Positions 51,875-64,000 of a stretch of 64,000 nt of DNA are shown here, piece after piece. The notes beneath the pieces were generated by a model that worked only from the letters and a program-made list of their open reading frames with translations, did not search any database and had not been told where the DNA came from. Source of the DNA: Nageia nagi (lineage: Eukaryota > Plantae > Pinophyta); NCBI GenBank assembly GCA_050084985.1, contig JBITNC010000001.1, positions 150,536,001 through 150,600,000 of the forward strand, in the 5' to 3' direction. A program made the position numbers and the translations under genes. The first letter of the stretch is position 1. Each line of letters begins with the position of its first letter.

Positions 51875-53310
51875 ATGCAATCAACTAAGAAAGTCTACCA
51901 ACGCAAGAGAAAGTCTCCCATGACCCCCCAAACCTGATCGAGTGAGGACGTTGGGTAAGAACATGGTGAATCAGCCAAAAAAAGTTGGATGAATGTACCT
52001 AAGCATGCATCTGGAGATGAGGAGGAAACACATGAGGAAAAGAGGGAAATTCAGCCCAAGAATTCGATCGAAAAGAAGTTTGATGATTTGATGGCCATGA
52101 TGAGGACTATTGCGGAACAAATGCAACTGTAAAATGAGCATGCGACCAGGAAGGAAGCGCATAAGAGAGATGCGGGGCTTGGGGAAAGCCCTAGGATACC
52201 CCAAAGTTGGAGATCCGCATCCGCTCGAGAAAGGGAGTCAGGAGGAGACGTGCCCTTGCAGGAATCTTGTGTGAGAGATCACAGAGAGGAGGCATCCTTG
52301 CACCAAGTTTATAGAGAATAGGAGAATTTTCTGCATCGATCAAGAGGGTGAGGGCATGACCAAGAAGGTGAAGGATTTGAGCAAAGAGAACCCATATTCC
52401 AGATATCCCGATTGACCAAGATTGTGGATAAAGGAGGGCCTTCATTTTTCCGAACCAGATCTACCAAAGTGGGCAATTCAGTATGGGATAGATTCATGGA
52501 AGGAGACGGCTAGAAAATGGATGCATCACCTCCACCCCATGTTCTGTTCCAGATTGTAGAACAGTTCAAGCCAGATCTCACCATTGGAGTTGAATCAACT
52601 ATATCAGAAATACTCCTTGAACTCCCATGAGTTCAAGAATGATGTCTCTTTTTCCCTATATTTGGAGTTTTTTGGTAAAAGGCCAATGGTAGTCAGACAT
52701 ATGGTGGTTCCAAAGATGATAGGAAAGATTTGCAGCAACGCTTAAGTAGAATGCAAGTGTCAGTGTTTGATGGGAGTGATAAGATGCCAGCTAGGGCATG
52801 GCTGCCAAAACTTTAGATCTATTTCACATTCAACTCCATGATAGAAGAGGATGCCATATGTTTTACAATCCTACACTTGGATGGCATTGCATATGAATGG
52901 TGGCAACATGGCATGACAACGTAGGGGCATGGAGCAATTAGGTCATTTTATGTTTTTAGCTGGAGGATGATGGATTGATTTGACAGGAAAGATGAAGATG
53001 ATTACTTCAAAGATTTGACAATGGTAAGACAAAAGGGGTTTGTAGAGGATTATGTGGTAGAGTTCCAACGTATTGCAATTATGGTACCTAGAGTTTCAGA
53101 GAAGAGGGTGACCTTCCTTTTTTGTAAAGGATTATTGGAGCCACTTAGGGGTATGGTGAAATTCTTTTCACCCACATTGTTACAGGATGCTATCAAGAGG
53201 GCCTTAGACTTGGAACTTGGTATGATGAGAGCTAGAGCCCTCCCAACAGTGAGGGAGCCACTTCTAGTAGGACAAGATCCAAAAACACCACACAAGAGGT
53301 AGGAATGGAC
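51875..53310 (+). pseudogene. gag: Degenerate gag
   Basis: VRQKGFVEDYVVEFQRIAIMVPRVSEKRVTFLFCKGLLEPLRGMVK; homologous to the gag at 24845-25588. Confidence 0.85.
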
Positions 53311-53479
53311 ACAACTACAAAGAATGAATTGAGGAAGAAAAATTTGTGTTTCTCATGGAAGCGAATTGGTGTCTGCTCATAAAATGAATTTTTTTTTCAA
53401 AAAAGGAGAGGTATGGGGAGTGATCTTTCTTATGATCAGAGGGAATCCAACATCCACCAGCAGGGAGGAGACCACACCC

Positions 53480-55845
53480 CACTAAGAGATCCAAGAGATT
53501 TTGGAAAGGCACAAGGGCATCTTTGGGGATATGCCCAAGGGCTTACCACCAAAAATGAGGGTTTGAGCACATCATTGAATTGGAGCTAGGATCTAAGCTA
53601 GTCATGATCACTCCATATAGGCACCCACGCATATACAAGGACAAAATTGAGCGGACCATCAAAGAATTGCTTGATATGGGTTTCATACATCCTAGCTCCA
53701 ACCCTTTTGCTTCCTTGGTTGTCTTGGTGAAAAAGAACAATGGGACCATGAGGATGTGCATTGATTATTAGGTGCTCAACAAAAAGACAATCAAGAATAG
53801 GTATCCTATTCCATGCGTGGATGACCTCATTGATGAGCTCCATGGAGCTAAGTACTTCTCCAAAATAGGTCTAAGTTCTAGGTATCGCCAAATCCGCATG
53901 AGGGAGGAAGATATCCATAAAACGACTTTCAAATTGTCATTTTGGGCACTTTCAATTCTTAGTCATGCCATTTGGATTGACCAACACTCTTGCTACCTTC
54001 TAGTCCGCTATGAATCAAATTTTCAGGTAGCAACTAAGAAAGTATGTGCTAGTATTCTTTGATGACATCCTCAGTTACAACCAAACTGGGGAAGATCACT
54101 TGGAACACTTGGATTCAGTTTTGGGGATCTTGCAGCAACAAAAGTTCTATGCCAAGAAATCAAAGTGTGAGTTTGGAATGATCGAAGTCTTGTCCTTGGG
54201 GCATTTAATCAGCCTAGAGGGAGTTTGAGTGGATGAGCAAAAGATCCATGCCATCTAGGAATGGTTGATGCCCACCACACTCATGCACTTGAGGGGATTT
54301 ATGGGTCTATGCAACTATTATCAAAGATTCATCCAAGGTTTCTCACACTTGGCGGCACCTTTGACGCAATTGACCAAGAAGGATGCATTTATTTGGAGCG
54401 ATGAGGCTTAAAGGGCTTTTGAGGAGGTCAAGAGAGTAATGTGCACTTGTCCTTATTTTGCAATTCTTGATTTTTCCATTCCATTTACTATTGAATGTGA
54501 TGCATCTAAGTATGGGGTTGGTGTTGTACTCATGCAAAAGGGGAAACCTATTGCTTTTCAAAGTAGGAAACTCACCCCTATAGAACAAAGCCTCAATGTG
54601 TACGATAGTGAGTTGTTGGCAATAATGCATGCGTTGGCCAGATTCAAACAATACTTGGTGTGTGGATGATTTGTGGTCAAAATTGTTCACAAAAACATGA
54701 GATATTATCTTAAGCAATTAGATCTAAGTGAGTAGCAACAAAAATGGGTAAGCAAATTAAAGTCTTATGATTTTGAGATTGAGTATATCAAGGAAAAGGA
54801 AAACATAGTAGCTGATACACTCTCACGTAACCCTTCTATTCTCTTTCTATCATTACTGCTGATTGGAAAATGTCAATTATAGTTGTATATGCCAAAGATA
54901 AATTTACCACTAACGTCCTTGAAGGACACCTAAAGGATGATAGGTTCATAGTTAGAGAAGGATTGATCCTATATAAAAACATAATGTACCTTGTAACAGG
55001 ATCGAAGATGAGGGAGAAGATCATTGAAGCCATGCATGATATACCCTTAGCAGGACATCCGAGAATAATCATAATGTATAGAGCCGTGAGAGAAAAGTTT
55101 GCATGGAAAGAGCTTAAGGAGGATATCTACAAGCATGTGAAGGAGTGTACTAAATGTCAAGAGAACAGGATAGAGAATATATATCCACCAGGACTTTTGC
55201 AGCTATTGCCAATTCCCATGCAGAAATGGGAGAGCATCTCCATGGATTTCATTACAAGATTACCCTGGATGCAAGGAAAGGATTGCATCTTTATTGTGGT
55301 GGACCGATTGACAAAATATGCCCACTTCTTTGCAATGGCCATCACATACACAACTGTGCAAATAGCTGAAATATTTTTTAAGGAGGTATTTAGGCTGCAT
55401 CGGTTGCCAACACAAATTGTAAGTGATAGGGACAACAAATGCATGAGCATGTTTTGGCAAGAACTCTTCAAATTGAGTGGGAACAATTTAACACACAACA
55501 TCAATTATCATCCTCAAATGGAAGTGGTGAATAAATGACTTGAGACAATATGTTACAGGGCAACAACAAGCATGGAGTAAGTGGTTACATTTAGGGGAAT
55601 ATTGCTACAATACCACTCATCATACTTCCATACAAATGTCACCCTTTATGTCCTTATATGGATATGAGGCTCCCATGTTTGTAGATATAATTTTTGTGGA
55701 TGGAAGAGTGCCAAAAGCCAAGGAGTTTTTGTAGAACAACCATGATATCATGAGGACACTCAAGGAAAATTTTCAAGTTGCCCAAGACCATCAGAAAAAG
55801 TTTATTGATCAGAATAGGATTGAGCGTATATTTGAGGAAGGAGAT
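53480..55845 (+). pseudogene. pol: Degenerate pol (RT, RNase H, integrase); protease region deleted
   Basis: VLVKKNNGTMRMCIDY; [16 protein letters not shown]; LVFFDDIL; FTIECDASKYGVGVVLMQ; HDIPLAGH...CTKCQ; WESISMDFITRLP; IVSDRD. Confidence 0.93.
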
Positions 55846-56989
55846 TGTTGGGAAGGAAACCCTTCCTCTTACTCAACGATTGCCCATACGATCAGTGTTG
55901 ATCGGTATAGCGTAACCTCAAGGGTTTGGTCTGGTCGTGTTCTCCACTTCCCTCAACGGTAGGTTCGTTGAAAGAACGAAAGGTGGTGGGGATGCGCTCG
56001 TGTTCGTTTTCTGCTCAATCTTTGGTTTATAGGCCGATTTCTATCTATGTTTAAGGTCAAAAGTAACAAGAAAGGAATAAAAAGATGGAAAGTTACAGAA
56101 AAGAGATAAACAAATAAACAACTAAAAGAAGAAATTTACAACCTGGGCATTGCAGCATAGGCAGCAATCCATAGCCAAGATTAGGAATAGTAGACTATCT
56201 TGCACTTGGGGTCTTGCAATCACAATACACAACCACAGTTTGAAGAAAACATTCCACACTTAACATTCACAAAAACAATAATAGCCACTTTGTTGCAAGA
56301 AGGCAAAGTATTGTTTGTTTGCATTATCATATGTGAATTGCTTTTACAGATGAGGACAAATTTGCTAGAATGTTCGACCTTCTTAATTTCTAAAAACTAG
56401 CTATGTATACAACTCCCCCCTCTTTGGGTGGTTGAATCTCATTAATGTACATTATTACTACTATCATTGAATGAAACAACTACAACAACACTATTTACAT
56501 AAATGTTACAACTGTGCTAGATTATACAGTGAACAAGTACTAATCAACATCAACTATCTGAACTGTCTGGGGATTTGTAACTTCTGGTCAGCCATGTCCA
56601 TAGAGCCGTAATCTTTCTGACATATCATTGATTGCTCCTTCCTCGGTACTGTAGCTGATTGAATATAACACTGTTGTTGATTGAACAATTATTTAATTGC
56701 ACATTGATTGGTATGATTTGGTTGTATGCTTTATTAGCCTCCATCTGCTTCTTTGCAATCTTTATGATCTCTATCGTGGATGTCAGCAATCAAAGTAATG
56801 ATGCTTGGTAGACATTATGTTCACTTGAATCGAGAAGAATTGCCACTGTTATGTGGAAATGAGTTGGTGTCAACACATTAACAGGGCCTCGGGAGTCAAA
56901 CACTTAAGATGAAGTGGACCCTGATGTTCTTTCTCATGCATTACTTTTTTACTTGCTTGGTGGGCTCTATGTTTTTCTTCCGGGCTCTG

Positions 56990-57400
56990 TTGATGATTTT
57001 AGCCGAAATTCATGATGTCATCTCCCGGAATCGGCAGGTTCTATCGAAATTCTGATTTTTTCGGGACCCGCTGATTTTCACAAAAAAATGTGATGTCACC
57101 TTCTGAAATCCTCTGGTACTATTTATATTTTGATTCAATCGGGACCTGTTGATTTTAGCCAAAATTCATGTTATCATCTCCTAGAATCGGCGGGTTCTAT
57201 CGAAATTCTGATTTCTTTGGGACCCATTGATTTTCACAAAAAAATGTGATGTCACCTTTTGAATTTGCTGGGCTTTACTGATGTTCTTTAAAAATATGCA
57301 CCTGCCATTACTTGCTTTGGGACCTGCTGATTTTGATAAAAAACTGTGACGCCATCCTTCAAAATCCCCGGGCATTGTTGATATTTTTGAAAAATGAAAC
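56990..57400. repeat. About 156-bp tandem repeats in the element's 3' UTR
   Basis: GATTTTAGCC.AAATTCATG...GTTCTATCGAAATTCTGATTT...CACAAAAAAATGTGATGTCACC at 56995 and 57151, plus a degenerate partial copy. Confidence 0.8.
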
Positions 57401-58084
57401 TTTGAATATGTACAAGTTTTGGACATTTGTGCCACCAATTCCCAAGGACTCTAAAGCAATAAACATGACTCTGGGAACTTTTACATTCATGACTTCTTGA
57501 GTATACTTGGAGAAAATGACATGATTCTTAGGGACTCTCGACTCCCGGTCACTAAAGAATAAAAGAATACCAAATTGACACAAGTCTCATTGATATAACT
57601 CCTAGGTAACTTTACTTACATATTTCCTGGGTACTAAAGAACGACAAAACTCACTGGTGACTTTATTTACTAAAAATAATGACTCCCGATAGTGTAAGGA
57701 AAAGCAATGAGAATAGAAGAATTTATACAAAAATCTTACAAGTCATGAAGATCCTAAAAGAATAGTGTTGCCTCGGGTACTCTTATATACACAGCTCCCG
57801 GGTATTAAAAAATGAAATAATAAAGAATGAAGAATAGTAGAATTACCCAAATTTTGAGTGTTATTTTGGAGGAATACAATCTTCTAGCAGCTCTTTGGGG
57901 TCTCCGCCTATTGGAGAAAAGAACTCATCAATTGCTGCTCCCAGTAGCTTGCCCAAAAGTGGACCTGGTTGAAGTCTTAATTGCTACCATCATATCTGGA
58001 GGGAGGAATGCCTACATCCTTTTATTTAGTTCACTCAATTCTTTGTAATTAGGTTGCGAGAGGATGAGGGATACCTTAATCTTC

Positions 58085-61000
58085 TTAGTATCTGCTCTGA
58101 ACCAAGACACTATTTAGCCTTCCAGCATGTAAAAATTTTATAATGGCTTCCTGAGCCAACTCATTTATTTGCTGCGGATCTGAGATTTGTGTTTCAGAGA
58201 AAGATTGCTCCAAAAATTGAATGGTATTGGCTACCCAATTGGCAGCACTACCTTGTACATTCTGTTCTTCCATATCTTGGAAGCTTTTATTTCAACTAAA
58301 GAATTAAAGAATTTGTTAACAAATCCCAACTCTGGTATGAGCTGGTGTTTATTTATGTCCATATTGAATGCTAGACTCTGGAGATTACAAATTTCTTGGA
58401 TTCTTTTTTGATAGGATTGTTATGGCTTGGACGAGACTGTGGCGAACTCCTTTTCAGTCACTATCCTTAATCGGACTTGCATCCTCTCTAAAATTTTTCT
58501 AGGTATATCTAGAGCTAGCTTATGAATAGCACTTTGAGCATGGAATTCTTTAATGGCCTTTATAGCTTCCTTCTTAAGTAGATACAAGTGAGATAATGTT
58601 ATCATTCTATCACCAACTTGTTCTACTAAGGATTTTTTGAAATTCTTTATTAGCAGTAACAGCTTTGCATTATCTTCTGATAGAACCTTATTTGCTGCAC
58701 TGATTGTCTGCATCTCGGCCTCAATCTGTTTTATCTTTTGAGCGTCCACAACTGCAGCCTGAGCTTTGAGCTCCTCTATTACTTGGTTTGCAATGTCTAA
58801 CTCAACTCTTGATGTTACCATGCTCTTATCAAATTCAATCTTCTGTTTCTCAAGCTTTATAATCAAATCTTTATTTTTGTTCTGCAACCCGGCTATTGTT
58901 TTATCCTTAAGGGAGCAGTCCTTATATAGATCAATTTTTTTTATTTAATTTCTCTATTTTAGTCTCCATTGATTGAAGACTCTTTCCAGCTGCCATTGAA
59001 GTGTTCACCAGAAATCTGGACTGATCAATAGCTGGTGCACTCTGCATATTTACATTTATTACAGTCGTGGGAGTCAGCTCCAAATGCCCTTCTTTGAAAG
59101 GCATCTGAGCAATTTTCATATCTCCCGTCTTTGTTACTTTACTCAAAATTCTCGATTGTTGCTCAGGGAGCATAGGAGATTTATTTATAAAAGTTGCCAA
59201 ATCAATGGGCTCTACAATTTGTGTAGAAAAAATAGACTTTATTTCCTCTTGCGAGGCAATAGGAATAAAAGAATGAGTGGGAATTATTTCACCTGCAATA
59301 GGTGTCTCAGTTTGCTGAGTTGGTTGGGACTGCTGGGGAGGAGTGGATTGGTGGGCTTCTGATTCAGGTTCAGCCTCTTCCATTACCTCGCTTTGTTCCT
59401 CTGGCTTATTCATTGGGCCCGAGTCCTTTTTGAATTCATCATCATCATTATCATCTCCATCATCTCCCAGTCCTCCTTCGAGTGCCCCTGTTACTATCTT
59501 TCTGGCCTCAAGTACACTTTCCCTGCTTTGTTGCATCTGGCTTTGTTCCTCTGTTGTTCCTGGGCTTGTCCTGCACCTCCAACTTCTGTATCTTGTGGCT
59601 CTTTAAACTCTTTAGGATAAAAAATTTTTGCTTCTTGTATGACCACCTTTGGAACTTCTTTCATTGCCTCTGAAGATGAAGGTATAGTCATTTGTGACTG
59701 TGACCTTGCTATAGTTGTCCTGGGCCTTTTAATGGGCTTTTGCTCCTTTTTTAATGTTTGCTCTCTTTGAGCAAGAGTTTGATTTTTTCTTTTCTTCTTG
59801 GGAGAAGGTTCCCGTGAAGAGGTGGTGGTGTCCAAAGGATCTTCTTGTCCCTTCTTTGGGACTCAAACCATGCCAGTTGTTTGCTCCACTTGCACTGTCT
59901 TCTCCTCTGCAGCAGGTTTCCCGCGAAAATGAAGAGGAAGAGGTTGTCCCAACTTTGGCAGAAGATCTTTAGAATACTTTGCCTCTTAATATTTGTCGTA
60001 TTTGAACTTTTCAAACAATTCACCTTCAATGTGGTGAATTTTTGTGGTGTATTCAAATCTGAATTTTGTGAAATAATGAATTTGATTGGGATCCCACCCA
60101 AGATATGCTAATTGGGTGAGGACCTTTGGGTTGAGGACAAAATCTTGCCTCTTATTCTCCCAATTTCTATACTTTCTTATTTCTTCTAGAGCCATCCAGA
60201 CTTTATTTAGAGGTACAAATTTCCAATCTGGGTATAATTCTGCCTTCTGTTCTGTTTTATTTACAAAATACTCAATATGGGGCCTACTATTATGGATGAA
60301 TGCTAGAGGTTTCTTGCTAGTCCTTATTAACTGAGTCATTTCTCCTGATGGGTCATACATCTATGCAGTTCCCGCTTTATCTAATTTGAAATTTTGTACA
60401 ATGAATTGGGTAATACTATCTGTACATCCTATCTCTAATAGAGTGAAATTTTCAATAGATGCCGGTATATTTACAATAGACTTGAAATTGCTTCTAGCCC
60501 CATATTTACTTTCTATAGCACAAATTTGCCTACCCATTTCTATTGAATATAATTGGGGAGTAACATACTTGAGCAAAAAGAAAGGTTTTTGAAAATACCC
60601 ATACCTTATTATTACGGTACAGTCTCTTAAGAAGTACTAGTCACCAATTTTATTCCCGTCTTGTAGCTCCGTCATTGTGCTCTTGCGCAGCCTATTGGGG
60701 AGTTTTCTAGTCAAAATTTTCACTGTGGTTGTATAGAACTTGTCCATAAAGTCAATTGGCACCGTTGCAGCACTGGAACTAGTTGACTCAATTGGAAGCC
60801 CCGCCTCTATAAGTTTGTCCAAATTTTGATGGACAAAAACCCACTAGAGATAGGAAGAATGTCTAAAATCTGATTTTTCTATTTTGAATAAACATCTTTC
60901 GATTTCTCCGGTTATGAAAGTTGGGGCTTTTGAGATATTATAGGCCATGCGCACCATGGCTTCGTCTCTATCTGGGTTTTATTTCCCATAATGAGTGCGA

Positions 61001-61628
61001 GTGCCTGCAGCACTTCTCTATCTTTTTTCCTTTCAGAAAGAGCTATTTGGTAGCTCGCCAAGAGTTTCACCTTTCTGTTGTCCTGGTATCTTCCACTAAT
61101 TCAGCTCAGCATCTCATCTTGATTGATGTAAAAATCATATTTCTCCTTTTTCAAATCAATATCTTTTTTAACATGAAATGTCCAGTCTGCTCGAACAACA
61201 AATGCTTGGACAATAGAATCAAGAGAGTAATCTAGCATTGCTTCAAACACTGGCTCAGTAGTATCTTCCTCTTCAGTGCTCTTGAACATACCAATTTGGT
61301 ACCCTTTTTGATGATGCCTGTGTGCAAGAGAGTACAAGAGCTCAAGGCAGGTGAAGGACTTATAGGGCACATAATATGCCAATCCTTGATCAATTATAAC
61401 ATCACTCCTTGAATGGGTAAGCGATTTTCCTTTTCCTCTCACCTCAGGTGTATTAAGCCTCAAAAGAATACGGCTAGGGTCGGCTCTCCATGTATCCAGG
61501 TGACTGATTACTCCCATCTCAATCCAGTTCACTCCTGGTGCATTTTTGAGATATTCTTCTTGTAAAGAGAGCAAGTTAGTGTCGATTTGTTCCACTTCGA
61601 CTGTAGAAGATGATTGAGAGGTCACCAT
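58085..61628 (-). pseudogene. Large accessory ORF downstream of pol (env-like position), about 1180 codons, disrupted
   Basis: ORF pieces 61101-61628 (reads on in frame through TGA into ...LALIMGNKTQ), 60637-60822, 60361-60576, 59986-60360, 59494-59835, 58931-59536, 58420-58887 (coiled-coil-like) and 58085-58273. Confidence 0.7.
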
Positions 61629-62237
61629 GATATTATTACCTTTCTTTGAACCTCTGGTAATCGTTAAAAACTGTAGTCTGTGTAATGCGAGGTCTTACAA
61701 CTTCTCTCTTTCTCAGTACAACTCGGCTCTGAAATCTCTCAGCTTTGAATGCTCTAAAAACTTGAGTGCTCAAAATTAGCTAAGTGTCGAACTATAGAGG
61801 AAGGGAGGAGTTTTATTTGTCCAAGGTTGACAAGATTTCCATTAATGGTAATTACTTCTTGAGGATCTCGAGACCCATGCACTGTACGGATTGAGCTGAC
61901 ATAAGCTAGATTAATAAATTCAAAGCACATCAGACTTAATTTGTTGTACTTGTACAGTGGTTCGTGAAATTTGAGGAAATCTTTTCTTAAATGCTGTTTA
62001 ATTCAGTGACAGTTGGGCAACGTGTCAACATTAACTTTTGACTAAGCTGAATTAAAATTGACAACTAAGCAGTACACTAACATTAACTCCTAATAATACT
62101 GAATTAAATTTGATCATTAAAGACTTTACTTTTTCGAAAACTGTGCAATAATAATTAATTAATTAATTATTATTATTTTTTTTGAAATAAACATTTACAA
62201 TATTTATACTATACAATGTCTTGCGGGGAATGCAAGT

Positions 62238-64000
62238 TTATCTCATCATCCGGTAATGTTTTAAATAGATCTCGTTGATGGGAATAGGTAATTCTCGGGA
62301 TCTGGTAACATCTTGTAACTTGAACTCATTATTTTGCATGGCCTGGGTAATGATGTAAGGCCCGTTCCAAAGAGAGTCAAATTTTTGGTGTCTTCTAGGT
62401 CTTGCTTTCCTCATCCCATTTGAAGACAATATCACCCGATTCGAACTTCACCCGGGAAGACTTTTTCTTATCAAACCACCTCTTGACGATGTGCTGGTGA
62501 TGCTGGAATGATTCATATGCTTTGTTGCGATCTTCTTCCAATTTTAGGAGTTGATTATATCTGGACTGCAATGGCTCAAAGCCATCGTCTTCCATTTCTT
62601 GTAAGATTTTTAAAGCTGGTAACTCCATGTGTATTGGCAACACTAGTCTTTTGCCATATACCAATGCATATGGGGATGTCTTTATTGCTGGTTTTATACT
62701 AATTCTATCAGCCCATAATGCATAGTCCAACTGTGTATACCACTGTCTGGGATTCTCTTCAATTGTTCTCTTGATGATCCGAGTCAGATTTTTGTTAGTT
62801 GATTCAGCTAACCCATTACCCTGTGGGTAATAGTTTGAAGAGAATAACCAGTAGATTCCATATTGAGCTACAAAGCTTGACAGATTGCCTCCGGTAAATG
62901 CCGGACCATTATTTGACACTATGGTTTGTGGGATTCCAAAGCGGGTGATTATCTTTTTAATCATTTCTATCACAGCTTCATGATTTGCATATTTGCATGG
63001 CATAGACTCTGACCATCTAGTGAAGTAGTCTGTTGTAGTCAAAATAAATTTGTGGCCTGCTGAGGAATTGGGGTTTATTACACCAATAAAGTCCATACTC
63101 CACTGTTGAAAAGGCTCTTCGACTATCGCATGTTTGAGAGGCATGGCAGCTTGTCTTCTTTTTCCCACAAATCTGTTGCACTTATCACATTCCCGTGCAA
63201 TCTTAAATGAATCTTGAAATATAGTGGGCCAATAACGTCCTGCTTGTAACACCTTTGCTGCTGTAGTTGGTCCACTATAATGCCCGCCAGAGAATTCGTA
63301 ATGAAAGTCATGCAATATCCTTTGGGATTTATCTTCAATCACACATCTGAGAAGTGTTTGATCAAAATTTTTTCTATACAAGCGGTCATCTATCATAACA
63401 AATTTAAGGGCATGCAACTTGAACCTCCTTTTTTGGAATCTATCTAGAGCTTCAGGGCACTTACCCGTTTGAAAATAAACAATAATTTGCTTAATCCAAT
63501 CACTTTTCTTATTAAGTTGCTATTCATCCTCCAGAAGAGCAATCATATGTGAAGCTTCGCCCATAGTCTCACAGAGAGCCCTGCCTTTGATCAACTTGGT
63601 TGGCTTGATCTTTATATCATATTCCATTATTTTAGTAATACAACCAGCTTTTCTTTCACCTAGATCTCCTTGTATAATATAATTTTTTACATCTGGATGA
63701 ATAGTATATACAAGGATTCTATTGTGTGAGACATAATGCTTGAACTTTTTAAGTTCTTTCATAATAGAAAACAGTTGCTTTTCAATAAATGAGTACCTTT
63801 GTTGGTGTTGATGCAGTGTCTGACTATGAAAGGCAATTGGGTGTTACTCATTATTATCATCCTTTTGTGCAAGAATTGCAGCAATACTCCTATTCGCTTC
63901 ATATGCATACATGATAGAATCTTTTGACATATCAGGGTTTTTAAGCACAAGAGCTTTTGTTATAGTTTTTTTTATCTCTTTGAAGGCTACTTTTGCTTCA
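62238..64000 (-). pseudogene. pol: pol C-terminus: RNase H plus integrase (HHCC, DDE, GPY/F)
   Basis: FHYEFSGGHYSGPTTAAKVLQAGRYWPT...CDKC; PFQQWSMDFIG; TDYFTRW; SNYYPQGNGLAESTNK; WNGPYII; a few stops and frameshifts. Confidence 0.93.

Larger units (their letters stand above)
45473..55845 (+). mobile_element. Decayed autonomous-type Ty3/gypsy chromovirus (5' LTR 45473-51830 split by a nested element; gag-pol; cut off at 55846)
   Basis: LTR TGTGATGTCCC...CATCACA; PBS TGGTATTAGAGC at 51832-51843; gag, RT, RNase H, integrase in gypsy order. Confidence 0.88.
55846..64000 (-). mobile_element. 3' part of an Athila/Tat-like (non-chromovirus) gypsy element: RNase H, integrase, large accessory ORF, 3' LTR
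   Basis: Starts TGTTGGG inside the host integrase (...FEEGD|). LTR inner boundary is uncertain (about 56875-56883, or 56411 where a purine tract abuts). Pol runs off the window end. Confidence 0.85.

Noticed and set aside
55846-62230. Idea that the Athila-like 3' LTR spans the whole accessory ORF, as in the 28358 unit
   Set aside because: No polypurine tract plus TG directly after the integrase stop, and the 5' LTR is outside the window, so this cannot be supported

Overview
Eukaryotic, AT-rich, TE-dense plant genomic DNA. It is most likely a gymnosperm/conifer, an inference from the giant introns and the retroelement content. The only host gene I can support is the 5' part of a nuclear, plastid-targeted MurC (UDP-N-acetylmuramate--L-alanine ligase, peptidoglycan synthesis) on the + strand. 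It has three small exons (8102-8365, 16055-16263, 43640-43710) that splice in frame across GT-AG introns of about 7.7 kb, 27.4 kb and >20 kb; the rest of the gene lies beyond the window. The introns hold nested transposons: many members of one Ty3/gypsy chromovirus family (solo LTR, a compound 3-LTR unit, non-autonomous derivatives with unusual ORFs, a decayed autonomous copy), a CRM-like fragment, two hAT-type MITEs, a LINE endonuclease relic and an Athila/Tat-like element with a large accessory ORF. There is also a 7.4-kb TG...CA unit with a 5-bp TSD that looks like a giant solo LTR carrying its own gene and an array of hairpin repeats. Bases 1-8100 are highly decayed TE relics. All calls were made by eye; no database searches were run.
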